A stretch of 64,000 bases of DNA, from NCBI RefSeq assembly GCF_009914755.1, contig NC_060932.1. One strand, given 5' to 3'. Below are positions 43,074 through 55,139 of this stretch, piece after piece (within the stretch, counting starts at the first letter, position 1; every line of letters begins with the position of its first letter). This stretch comes from the human T2T-CHM13v2.0 reference genome, Homo sapiens. The notes under the pieces are model-generated. The model was not told the DNA's origin. It searched no databases and saw nothing but the letters and a program-made list of their open reading frames with translations. The position numbers and the translations under genes are program-made.

Positions 43074-44752
43074 CTGGACCTTAAGGAAGTCAAAGGATTT
43101 CAATGCTCTGAAGTGGTCATGGGAAGGGTCCTTAGAGAGGAGAAGACTGGCAGCAAAACAAAGGAGAGACAAACTCACAAGACCCACCTGTTGGAATAGA
43201 AACATGCCTTGCACAAAGGATCAGAAGTCCTCTACTTTAATGTCTCTTTATAGGGTGAGAGTTCTCCTGAGGGAGCAGAAACTTGGTTTCTAACCGGAGC
43301 CTCTTCAGACCCTCCCCCAGGAAATTTGGGCAAAGTACTTCCATAGCACACCCAGGAATCTCCTGCCTCTAAGTTCACAGCAGCACCTAGAACAGGGAAG
43401 ATAGCTTGACAACTTCAAAAGAAACCCAAGTGTAGAAAAAAATATGCTCCATACTACAAAGAGTGATCAGCCCTTGGTACTAGGATGAGGCAATGAAGGG
43501 TAGGAACAGGATGGGGACTAAGATATTTACCATTTGCTTCTAAGAATCTTTGTTGTTTCAGTTTTTATAACAAAGGAATAAAAAGAAATATATTCAATTC
43601 TACTCTAGTCAGCACGTATGATTCTAAACTTGTTTTAAGAATGCCAAGTCAAGAGTAATGGGTAATTTGGTCAGTATCACTAAGACTGCCTGTTTCTTCT
43701 CCTTTATATTTAGGAAGCCTGTGTAGTTTTTTCTGAATGAGAAAGAAAAGTCCCTCTTGCCTCCACAGTAGGGACTCTCCAACCAGTTTCCACATTAATG
43801 GAGGAAGTATAAAAAGAAGACATTCTGTCCTCCAGAGATGTGCCAATGGGCAGAAAGGGGAAAGGGGTGTTTGCTTCTTACAGGGTCAAAATGTAAGTTT
43901 GCTTTGCTGATTCTAAGTTATCTGTGGGGGATTCCCAAAACCAGCTCCCCAGCTGGGCCAATAAGAAAAGCTCCTCTCTCAATTCTCAGGGGACCTGGAT
44001 TCCCAGGGAACTATTCAGAAATCACTTCTTAAGTCCTATCAAAAAGCCCTTCAATTTCATATTCAAATATGTTTAAATATGTTAATATAAATATACGTAA
44101 TATGTTTAAATATATTCAGATTAAAGAGTATAATCCCATTTTTAAAACTGCACGACACCAAGACAAGAGAGCTGAAAGGTCACTCTAGTTATAACTGAAG
44201 AGATGTGCTTTATATAAATGTAAGGGAAATTTCAGGATGAAAGCTATAACCTTAGGACAACTGATCCTAGTTACCAGAAACACCACTAAAGGAAACTGTA
44301 ATCACAGAAATTCCTTCTGAAGTCTGTAGGCACACAGTCCAATCTAAAACTTTATTTTTCTCTGCTTTGACATAAGGAAGTAAGAAAGTGGGGATTCAGA
44401 GGTGGGGTCTTAGGAATGCTAATATACTGTTTCCACTATGAAATTGTTTAAGAGTGTTCTTAAAAGACAGAATAAAAGGATAGAAGAAAAGCTGCCATGG
44501 CCCAGGTGCCCAAAGCACCATGGCCAAAGTGTGCCTGAACTTGTATCCCCAAGATATTTAGAATCCAAAAGAAATTTAGGTTGACTTAAGCTACACAAGA
44601 CCTAAAGTCAAGCAAACATTAGCTTAGAGTCTGAGATGGAGAACATGGAAAATACTGAGGAAAAAATAATCCAAGGTGTCCAGATTTCTTTAAAGCATGC
44701 CCTCAATCATAGATGCCTTTAAATATATAATTTAATGTTTTATTCATGTTAA

Positions 44753-45057
<305 letters not shown>

Positions 45058-45584
45058 AACATTTTTAAGTTAAGCTAGACTATCGTATGTTTTTAGTTTA
45101 TTATTACAGAAAGTCAGGTTTATTTAGATCACACATTATTGCCTAGTCACCCTTGTATACCTGAGAAGCAGCTAAGCAGGGGAACAACAGACTACAAAAT
45201 CCAGCAATGTAAATACGAAACTCTGGAGAATCAGCACAGGTCACCATAATGGAGAGCAAAGGTATGGGAGAATTTACCAGCCATACCCCAGCCTTGTTCT
45301 TCTCCTTCCCAATTATGCAAAGGCAGAAAAATCACGTTAAGGCAACTCTCACCCCTCAACCATTCTCCATATCTGCACAAGCTTAAAAGTACTTAGTAGC
45401 CTCAGAAGCCAACAGAGAGACATTCAATTGCCTTGTAGGAATGACATGATCCTCAGTAGACTTATACATAGAGGGAATTGTGGCATCAGCTATTTCACTA
45501 CTGTCCCAATATACAAAGCTGTTGTAAGTAATTCTCAGTTCCTGACATGTGCTCTTCACTGAATGGTTTATTACTATTAAGTGA

Positions 45585-46312
45585 TGATTGTCACCGTACT
45601 CAGTGCCCCTCCCCACTGGGCCCATCCCTATAGGAAGGTTACACTGCCCACCCAATTGCATCATCTGTGGAGATGTGACCTGCTTTGGCCAATGAAATGA
45701 AAGTAAAAGTGATGTGACTCCGGCCACTTCTGAACAGAATTTTCTGGCTCTGCTTCCCTCTCTCCCATCTGTCATGATACCAGCAATACTTATCGTAGAG
45801 GCTGCTCATCAGCATGGGTCTCCACATGTAAAGCCAAAACCAGGCCAATGATGGAAATACATGATGAGCCAGAAATAAAACTGTGATTATAAGTCACTGA
45901 GATTTTTTTAAGTTGACAAATAAAAACTGTATGTACTTTTGGGGTACAGCATGATGTTTTGATCTATGTATATGTTGCAGAATAGCTAAATCAAGCTAAT
46001 TAACACATCGATTACCTCATATACTTAACTTTTTGTGGTGAGCACACTTAAGTTCTACTCTCTTAGTGATTTCAAGCATGAAATACTTTGTTATTAACTG
46101 TAGCCACCAAGTTATACAATAGATCTTCTGACCTTCCTCTTCTTATGTAACTGAAATTTAGTATCCTTTAATCAGTATCTTCTCAATTCCCCAACCCCCA
46201 CACTCAGCTCCTGGTAACCATCACTCTATTCTCCGCTTCTACACTTTCAGTAAGTCACTGGGATTTTGAGATTATGTGTTACCCCAGCATAGAGTAGCCT
46301 AACCTGCCTGAC
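45585..46312 (+). mobile_element. Old MLT1 (H/I/J-like) LTR split by an L1MA insertion
   Basis: atgtgacctgctttggccaatgaaatg...agaaataaaact...taagtcactgagat [L1] ...tgttaccccagcat...gcctaacctgcctgac. Confidence 0.75.
45907..46250 (-). mobile_element. L1MA-like 3' end
   Basis: ttgacaaataaaaactgtat...gctaaatcaagctaattaaca...ctggtaaccatcactcta; 17-bp TSD taagtcactg(a/g)gatttt at 45890-45906 and 46251-46267. Confidence 0.9.
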
Positions 46313-47526
46313 GTGTAATCATAAGCCAGATGGATCCCTGCCTTAGCACACTGAGAAAGGGATCAAAGGGAACTGAACACCTGCTAAGCCAAGTTCAATT
46401 ATAATATGAAATGTGTAGTTCCCTCCTCAATAACAAGACACAGTGTATCAAATACCAAGAGCCTGTGGATTCCTTAGGGAATTGTGTAGCATCTCCTAAA
46501 CTTCAGATACTCTTTTGCAACTCTAATCATTGTTGCATAGCTGCATACCAACTGTATTACTTTTCAATACTTTCTAATTTGCTCATGATTATATTCTAAA
46601 TGTATCAATTTCATCAAAAAAACTTTGTAGCACTACAATCAATGAAAAGCCACTATCATTTATCTTAGAGTTGGAAAAACACAACCTTTTTTTTTATAAC
46701 TCACCTGTATCCCATTTTGACTCTGTACATAGCACCCATGCAAATCTTCTTGGCACCTGAGAAACACTGCTGCAGTGGGCTGGGCTAAGCACTAGGGTGA
46801 GACCCCAAGGTTCTGGTTTAGGCTGTGTCACACATTGTGTAATCTTGGACAACTTTCTCAGTTTCCTCAACCATTAAAAGAATTTATACTAGAAGGCCCT
46901 ATCCAGCTTTAACATTATATCATATACAATTCAGAGCTGTGGGTCCTACTCTTCCTCTCTGCTACTGTGGCTGATAACAATCTGTATTTGTAAAATCACT
47001 AATAACCTAAATGGGAAAAGGAGAATTCAGCTAAGCTACAGGATGGTTCCCATTTATGCTCTGTATACATTTCCCTGCCAAAGAGATCCTATCAAAATTG
47101 TAAAGCCCAAACAAGAACACATATTATTTCATCTTCCTTTATGTTTTGCCAACAACTTCTTAGTATTAAAATTTTCTCGTAGTTCCAAAATGATATTTCT
47201 TCTCTCCTCCCCATGGGGTGACTTTATTTCCCTCTGTGGCTTAGGAGTAAGGAAAAAGGAAATCACAGTTCCACTTAACAGGCAGATGCTGGCTATTAAT
47301 CTGCAATAAATACCATATCGGTTATGCAAAGCAAAGGAGTAGCTGTCTATTAGAAGAATGATCCCCCTTATACTAATTCCAGGACTTCAGATCCTTTCAT
47401 TGTCCAAGTTCAGAGAACTCCCACTCTTCAAAAAATGAACATATGAACATATGTAAAACAGGCTTACATTAAAATGAAAGAGTTTGGAACCTGCAAGTAA
47501 CCTCGGAGATCATCTGGTTCACTAAC

Positions 47527-47644
47527 ATGTTATACAGATGAAGAAATTAAGACCCCCAAGTCACATAGCTAAGAAGCAGCAGAGCTGGGATATGATTCAG
47601 ATTCCAAATTCACAGGCAAGGTGATGATGTACTGTAGAAATAGT
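47527..47644 (+). repeat. Left arm of a 118-bp inverted duplication (MIR-derived)
   Basis: 105/118 identical by hand alignment, ungapped, to the reverse complement of 48282-48399. Confidence 0.95.
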
Positions 47645-48281
47645 CTCTGCCAGGTTCTATTTGTTGTTCTTTATGCAAGTGAATTACCTCTCTTGGCCTC
47701 AGTTTTTACATCTGCAAAATGGGGGCCCTACTATCTGCATTGTAAGGCTACTCTAAGAATCAAATGAGATATACTAATGGGTCTCAAATTTGAAGGTGCA
47801 GATGAACCCCCAAATTTTAATTCAGTAGTGCAGGGGAGGAGCGGAGGGCAAGGCACAGGATTCTGCATTTCTGTCTCCCAGGTAATGCCAGTTCTTGGAG
47901 TAAACAATCATGTCCTGGAAGTGATTCAGCAGTAAGGGCCATGAATTCCTGGTCCTGCTGGTATGACTATAGCTACTGCTGCAACTGGGGTTAGGGCTGG
48001 GGACAAGGATGGGACAGAGGTGCCAATGGTGCCATATAAGAGATGTCACAGGCCATGCAATGAAGGCATCCTCAGCCCAGATGCCAAGCAAAAGACTCTT
48101 CCTGCCGATGGGGCTATAACACGTGTGTGGCACCACAATAGCCAGCAAAGACTCTGATCTACATTAAGAAAACAGACAGATAACAACAAAAAAAAAGCAC
48201 AAAAAAAATGAAAACACTACAAAAGACTCGAGACTCAAGTGAGAGAGAGAGTGACAAAAGCATTGCTAGTAGCACTTTGCA

Positions 48282-48399
48282 ACAATTTCTAGAGTGCACC
48301 ATCACCTTGCCTGTGAGTTTGGAGCCTGAATCATATCCCAGCTCTGCTGCCTCTTAGCTCTGTGACTTGGGGGCTTTAATTTCTACATCTTTATAACAT
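48282..48399 (-). repeat. Right arm of a 118-bp inverted duplication (MIR-derived)
   Basis: Reverse complement matches 47527-47644. Confidence 0.95.
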
Positions 48400-48449
48400 T
48401 ACCTAATGGAAAGACAGCCACCACGTTGCAGGGGAGCATTATTGGAGGG

Positions 48450-48623
48450 TTTTATGGACTGCATGTTTATGTCTCCCAAAAATTCCTATGTTGAAGCCTT
48501 AGCTCCAAGTATGAGGTATTAGGAGTTAGGGCCTTTCAGGGGGTGATTAGGTTTAGATGAGGTCAAGAGGATGGAATCTTCATGATGGAATTGGTGGCTT
48601 TCAAAGAGAGAAAAACACAATGG

Positions 48624-48663
<40 letters not shown>

Positions 48664-48799
48664 ATTCTTTCACAGCCCCCACCACCCTACCATGTGTGGA
48701 TTTGTACTTCCCAGCCCCAGAATTGTGAAAACTCAATGTCTGTGGCCTAAACCACTCCATCTATGGTATTTGTTACAGCAGCATGAGCTGACTAAGACG
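48450..48799 (+). mobile_element. MSTD/MLT1A-like MaLR solo LTR containing a (TC)n tract
   Basis: ttttatggactgcatgttt...ggtttagatgaggtca...tatggtatttgttacagcagc...actaagacg; perfect TSD gaggg at 48445-48449 and 48800-48804. Confidence 0.88.
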
Positions 48800-49179
48800 G
48801 AGGGAAAAATACTTCTTTAGCCATGAAATAGATAAAAAGTCAAGGCTTAAATGCGCTGCTATAGGCAAGTACAAGCTCTAATCTGACCATCATCATATTA
48901 GTGCCCTCAGCCATGGAACACATTTGAGAGTGAAAGGAATTTTATTGAATAATTATGTCATGACAAGAGGAGCAATCCAGTACAGCCTGTGACAATCAGG
49001 TCATATGTTACTCTATATAAAAATACAACTGGAAAGAGGACTTCTAGAACGTTATGAAGAAGCAGGAGGATTTTATAAGTATTAGAATTTAACTGATATC
49101 TATAGCTATTAGGTCTAAACCCAAGTCTGAAATGAGTATCATATCCATCAAGAGACATGACAGCCTAATTGTTAATATC

Positions 49180-49295
49180 AGCATGGGTCAGAAAACCTTT
49201 TCTACAAAATGCCAGATACTAACTATCTTAGGTTTTGTATGTTATACACAGTATCTCTTGCACATTCTTGTTTTTAATCATTTAAAAGACAGACA
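49180..49295. mobile_element. MER58-like fragment
   Basis: catgggtcagaaaaccttttctacaaaatgccagata...ttaggttttg. Confidence 0.55.
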
Positions 49296-49309
49296 AAAGC
49301 CTCTCTCAA

Positions 49310-49472
49310 TAGGCTTCACATTACCCGAATTCAAATTATACTATAAAGCTGCAGTAAACAAAACAGCTTGGTAGTGGTACAAAAACAGACACATAAGCTA
49401 AAGGAATAGAAAACTCAATATTCCCATGTAACAAACCTGCACATGTACCCCCAGTATCTAAAATAAAAGTTG
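49310..49472 (+). mobile_element. L1 remnant: ORF2 piece joined directly to the terminal 3' UTR
   Basis: GFTLPEFKLYYKAAVNKTAW (ORF2p ITLPDFKLYYKATVTKTAW) followed by cccatgtaacaaacctgcacatgtaccc...ctaaaataaaagtt. Confidence 0.85.
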
Positions 49473-49740
49473 ATCTCAGCACTTTGAGAGGCTGAGTAGG
49501 ATAAGTTGCTTAAGCCCAGGAGTTTGAGACCAGCCTGGGCAACATGGTGAAACCCCATTTCCACAAAAAATCTTAAAAATTAGCCGGTATGGTGGTGCAC
49601 ACCTGTAGTCTCAGCTACTGGGGAAGCTGAGGTGAGAGGATCGCTTCAGCCCAGGAGGTCAAGATTGAAGTGAGCCATGATTGTGCTACTACACTCCAGC
49701 CTTGGCAACAGAGAAACACGCTGTCTCAAATAAATAAATA
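49473..49740 (+). mobile_element. Alu, AluJ-like, 5'-truncated
   Basis: Begins atctcagcactttg; gcccaggagtttgagaccagcctgggcaac; (AAAT)n tail. Confidence 0.93.
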
Positions 49741-50089
49741 AGTTGGAATTTTATTCAAAAAATAAAAGGCAACTCCAGCTTCTGAGAACGCCATTTTTCA
49801 AGGTGATGATTTAATCACCAAAGAATTTGAGATTGAGGACACTATGGTCTTTACCACCCATAAACCTGGATGATACCAATCATATCAAGAATAGGCCACT
49901 ATGCAGTGTTAGGAAGCTATGAGACTATGACCTTCATGGCAAATAACTGACTAACAAGAATGCTGGGGGTGGAATGGGAGAGGGGCTGTCTGCTTCTAAT
50001 ATCTCACAAAGTCCTGCCATAACTCTTAGGACCTAAGCTCAAAAATAGCCTCACCCTTACTATTCATTTTAAATCATCAAATGAATCTA

Positions 50090-50330
50090 ACAATTACTGA
50101 GCACCTATTATGCGTTGGGTACCATGCTAGATGCTCTTCGTATATTAACCCAGCATACTCGTAACAAACGTCTGTGGCTGATGCCATCCCGTATTTTACA
50201 AATTATGAGCCAGACCCAGAGAAGTTAAGCACATCACTTGAGGTCATACAACCACAAATAGTGGAGAACAGATTTAAACTCAGGCCCACTCAACTTTAAC
50301 CCCCATATTCTTTCCTCTACACTACCCTTT
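50090..50330 (-). mobile_element. MIR
   Basis: ttactgagcacctattatg...ttttacaaattatgag...cagagaagttaag...gaggtcataca. Confidence 0.7.
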
Positions 50331-51269
50331 CCACTCCAGCATGCTACAATTCTGAGCATTTCCTGAGTATCCCTGGGGGGTGCAGAACTGTCCTAAGTAC
50401 TAAGTGAAGAACAGAAGGAGCTTAAGTATGTAAAAGTATGAGGGTGTTCAAGAATTTTTATTGTTTTTAAAATAGAAAGCTAAGTACGCAATTAAGTGAA
50501 GTGAACTCTTATGCTCACCATAGTAAACAAGACAGAATTTTTAAAGGGTCCTTTTATCAATTACATGTCCCAGATATGTTTTAGGAGATATGATCAGCCT
50601 AAGCATCTGCCGCCAAGCAGTTTTCACTTGCCTGCTTACATGAATGCAGACATTAGGAATGCCTATGCACAATCACAGCAACTGCTGAACAGTTTTAGTT
50701 AGGGGCTCAATCCTTTGGTTCAGATACATCAAGATTAGACTAAATTAGACTAGATAAAGAAGCTGAAGGAAGTAGCTAAGAATGTGCACTCAACTGACCG
50801 ATCACAGCTTTGGTCAGATTGCCTCAGGTGTGTCCTCAACAGCCTCCTGTGGGTGTGTTCTGCCTATTAAGAAGGTTAACTTGATTGACAGTGGTGCACT
50901 TCAGACTCTAAGGAACACACTCACAAATCACCTAGGAACCTTATTAAAATGCAGATCCTGATTCAGGAGGTCTAGGTGATGCCAATGCAGCTGATCTACA
51001 GACCACGCTCTGATGAGCAATATCCACAGACAGCTTGCTGCTACCAAAAAAATAAACATATTGGTCTCATTTATGATGAGTCTTCTAACTATAATTAGAT
51101 TTATTATAAAAAGTTGTTTCTTAGGCATACTCCTTTCCTAAGGAACACATTATACTTCTTCATACAGATTTATGTTTTCTCATATATCCAGGGAGCCTAG
51201 AAATTTCTCCCAGACAAATTTAAAAAGCTTTCTGCCTTCCCATTCAGTGGTCCTTTCAATTAATGAATA

Positions 51270-51830
51270 TTTTATTATTTTATTGAGTGCCTACAACATA
51301 CCAGGTATGTTGAGGTATGTTGAGCTAGGTGTTAAGGACACAAGATGAGCAAAAACCAATGCCATCTTTGTTTTTATGGAGCTTAATATTCTAGTGGAAG
51401 GGACAGAAATAAATCAGCACAAAAATAAAATTGAAAATGCTATGAAAGAGATATTCTAGATACAACAGGGAAGAATTTTCAGAAAAAGCAATGATCAGGG
51501 TGGCATCTGAAGGATGAGAAGGAAATAACGGCATGAAAGAGCGGTACAGGGTAGGGAATAAAAAGAGATTTCTAGGCAGAGGCATGTAGAAAAGCCCCAT
51601 GGTAGAAAAAAGCAGAGAAAACTACAGTGCCTGAGTGCAGAGACCCAGGGAGAGTGTTGCACAATGAGGCTGGATTGGGAGATAAGAGTTGTAATATGCA
51701 GAGTCTCATAAGCCAAGGTAAATTTCCTCAGTGTCTACCAATAAAGATATGGGAGCCTTTAAACTGTTTTTAACATAGGCAAATACACAATCAGAGATGT
51801 TTCTAAAAGATCAATCTGGCTGCTGTGCAG
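51270..51830 (-). mobile_element. L2 fragment
   Basis: ttattgagtgcctac...tggagcttaatattctagtgg...aaaagatcaatctggctgctgtg. Confidence 0.7.
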
Positions 51831-51945
51831 TTTATTGGCAACACCAGTGTTGGTCATAAGTACTCATCTCAATTCTACGTCTTCAGAAAATGCACTAAAT
51901 TAAAATTATGCCCCTTGGGAATGGTGAGACATAACTTAGTATACA

Positions 51946-52607
51946 TGTGCCAGTTACCATAATTCCCTCTCAGCTCTAAAACTGTCCTTCATTACCTGAT
52001 GAGATAATGGAGATGGGCTCTTTAATCATTTGGTTTTTTCAAGGAGCATAATGGTATGCTTTGTCAGCAGAAGCCACTGAGGGACATTGCAGGAGGATGA
52101 GACTTCCCTTCCTAGTTGGACTCATCTCCAGTAGGCTTCTGCAGCATGTGCAGTTTTCCCTGCAATGTCCAGTAGTTGGCAGGATGTGGCATCTTCCCAT
52201 GGGCAACTTCCTCTGCAACCCCTTATGCAGCTTTTCAATGCATCCTGCAGCACTATTCAGTGGATGGTTTTCCCCGCATGCCAGGCGGAGATTTCCAGCA
52301 AATCCTGCCAGTGTGATTCTTCAGCAAACTTCTCCCCCATCTTGTAAGCCATGGCCACACTCTCTCCACCTGGGTCTGAATCTCAGCCCAGAGTGGAGGT
52401 GAGGCCCTTCCATGGGTATTCTGTCCCATCCCCAGGGATTGTGGCTGCCCCTACATCTGCTATTCATCTATTCTTCACAGTTCTCTGTACCTCTTATAAG
52501 CCAATTCTCCTGTTCTTCCAATCTACTATTAAAATCATTTATATTAAACTTTTCCTATTCACATTAGTGTGTGGTTTCTCTTTCTTGATTGAACCCTGAC
52601 TGATACA
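51946..52607 (+). mobile_element. LTR41-like ERVL solo LTR
   Basis: tgtgccagtta...ctctcagctc...ctttgtcagcaga...ttatattaaacttt...gaaccctgactgataca; TG...CA termini. Confidence 0.8.
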
Positions 52608-55139
52608 ATATTCCATTCTCAGGTTTCAAAGTATTGAAGAAATAAGTCAAATAAATGTTGATGGATTTGTCTATGGTGGAATAATTGGGACAGTAAAATA
52701 AACACTACTTATGGCATTTCTGTTGGGCTTTAGGCTAAAAGGAGTGAAAGAAAGCCAAAAGGGCAAGAGGAAGAGAACATCTTACTCTTTACCAATCTGC
52801 TATGTGCCAGGCCCTTGCACATTTTAACTCACAAACCCTCACCATTAACTCTGTGAGGAAAGTAATATAATTACCAATTACATGTGAGGAACGTGAGGCT
52901 CAAAGAGGTGATGGCACCTGTTCAGAATTATACAGCTGTGTGAAGCAGAGCTAGAATTTGTCTCATTCTACTACCTGATGCTGCCTGTCAATTCCATTGT
53001 CTCATTTTAAAAATATTTGTTTATACACTGAGTCTTTCTTATTTAGAAATCCAAAGTCTTATTTACCTGTGCAATTTCCATAGCACTAAGCAATATTAAA
53101 AGAGAGTCAACACGGAGAAATACACACATACATGTGCACACACACACACCCACACACCCCTTCACCTAGCCATGTCCCCAGATTCCACTTCAATCATTAC
53201 TTCCTTAGGTTAATTTAACAATCCTCATTAAATACTTTGTGTCATCCTTCAAGTTTGCATTTAATATTGATTTTTGAGCACCTGCATCATTACTTCCCCT
53301 CTTCATAACCTCACTACTCATGTGTGTGTGATTATTTGATTCATATCTGTGGTTTTTTATTTTATGTATCTATTTTTATGCCATTATTTTTCCCATAAAG
53401 TAAAGATGGTTATGGGCACAGATAAGGCTGCTGATTCATCAATCGCTCAACAATTCAACAACCACCCCTCTGCCATGCCCAGTGCTAAGAGCCAGGCATA
53501 TAGCTATAAACAAGTCAGACTTTGTTTCCACTCTCCAAGAGCTTTCAAATCAACTGGAGAGACTGACTCTGCACAAGCTATTACTTGTGTGATAAGCGGT
53601 AAGAAAACTGAAGTTGAAATGATCATGAAAAGAATAGTCAGCTTTTTGTGCACAGAATCTGTTTCTGACCAGAATCTTCCAGACAAGATGTACCATAGTG
53701 GATGCCCACCATTAAGTCATTACGCCAGGAGAAGGTGCTCTGTCTCTATAGGCCTCAAAGCTCCCACCCTTAGCGATCTGTGGAAGTGCTGAGACTATGG
53801 GCATTTCTTCTAACCCACTTTCAGATTCAGAGAAGAGGTAGAGTTATTCTCCACATTTCTCAGATTCTTGACATTTCCATCATCCAGCTTGCTCACCGTC
53901 TAAGGCCTCCCTGCCTGCTGAGAGGTTAAAGATAGGGGGAGGAAACTAGGGAGCAAACCGTCAGGACCTTGAAGACTCATCCTCTGCCTTAAATTGGCTC
54001 ATAGCTCCAGCCCCAGGATCCAGGGGACACTGAAGTGCTTGTTGAAAAAGTATGTGGTTGTTTCAGGAAAACAGGACCCTGAGAGGTGAAAACTTAAAAG
54101 CAAAAGACTGAGTGTCCAATTTATATTTCAACATATATCAGGCCAAGAGCCAGGTAATTTTCTTGAATTTGACATTTCTTCTCAGACTCCTAAACCCTAG
54201 CCAACAAGAATTCCTGTTTTGAGTATCATCCCGATTTCCTTTTGGAAGTGGAAGATTTGCCGCCAGTAAAGATAGGATGCAATGTCCTTGGCTCTGTCAG
54301 CTCAAGCAAGAACAGGGCTATATAGGTTTATGTCATAGGTCTAGCACGTAGCAAATGTATAGATTACAGAAAATCTATGTCAGAAATCAATGACTGGACT
54401 CCTGCTGAGAAAGAGATCAAAGGGGAAGAAAGACCAGGATATATTCCCCACAGGTTTTGTGCCATGTACTCAACTTTCCGTTAATGAGAAGAGCGTAAGC
54501 AGGAAATTATTAGTCCTCCAGCTCCCCAATTCAATCACTGCCTAATATTTATCACGTGCCTACTATTAACAAGAAAAACCAAAGAAGCAGAAATAGGCTA
54601 AAAACAGCAACATAAGAAAAAGGATAATGGACACGATGCATGCATTACTAAGTTATCTTACACATTTTACTTACATTATTATATTTAATCCTCATCACAA
54701 TAATTTCACAAGTGAGGAAACTGAGGTTCAGAAGTGCTGAGAACTTACCCAAGCTCACACTGCTCATCAGTGTCAGAGATGGGAACCTATCTCTTGCCTT
54801 TTGATTCCTTTGCCCTCACTCTTTACTGCCACACAAGGCTGGCTTCCTATCTCTCAGATGAAAAAGGGTTGAATGTTGTGACTCTTAATTATACTCAAGG
54901 GCCAGAAACACAGGTTATTAAAGTAGATGGGAAGATCCTGAGTCCTGGAGATCATGAAAACTAGAATTGGTGACCTTAGGTGTGACCTATGGTCATAAAA
55001 GTCAAGAAATGTACAGGAGAGTAATGAGAAACATACACTACAGGTTAACTGCACTGCAGCCTAAAACACAAGGTTGCTCATGGTCTCTCCAACTGACCTC
55101 CCTTCCAACCGCAAAGCCTCTCACCCTGGACACTAGCTA

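Noticed and set aside
47527-48399. Inverted arms as TIRs of a novel DNA transposon or as a pre-miRNA
   Set aside because: Arms are MIR-derived, no target-site duplication is evident, the spacer contains other old repeats and no transposase, and a 637-nt loop does not fit a pre-miRNA
52060-52082. CTCF site in the LTR41-like element
   Set aside because: The position corresponds to the motif I recall for this family, but here it reads gtcagcagaagccactg and lacks the G-rich core
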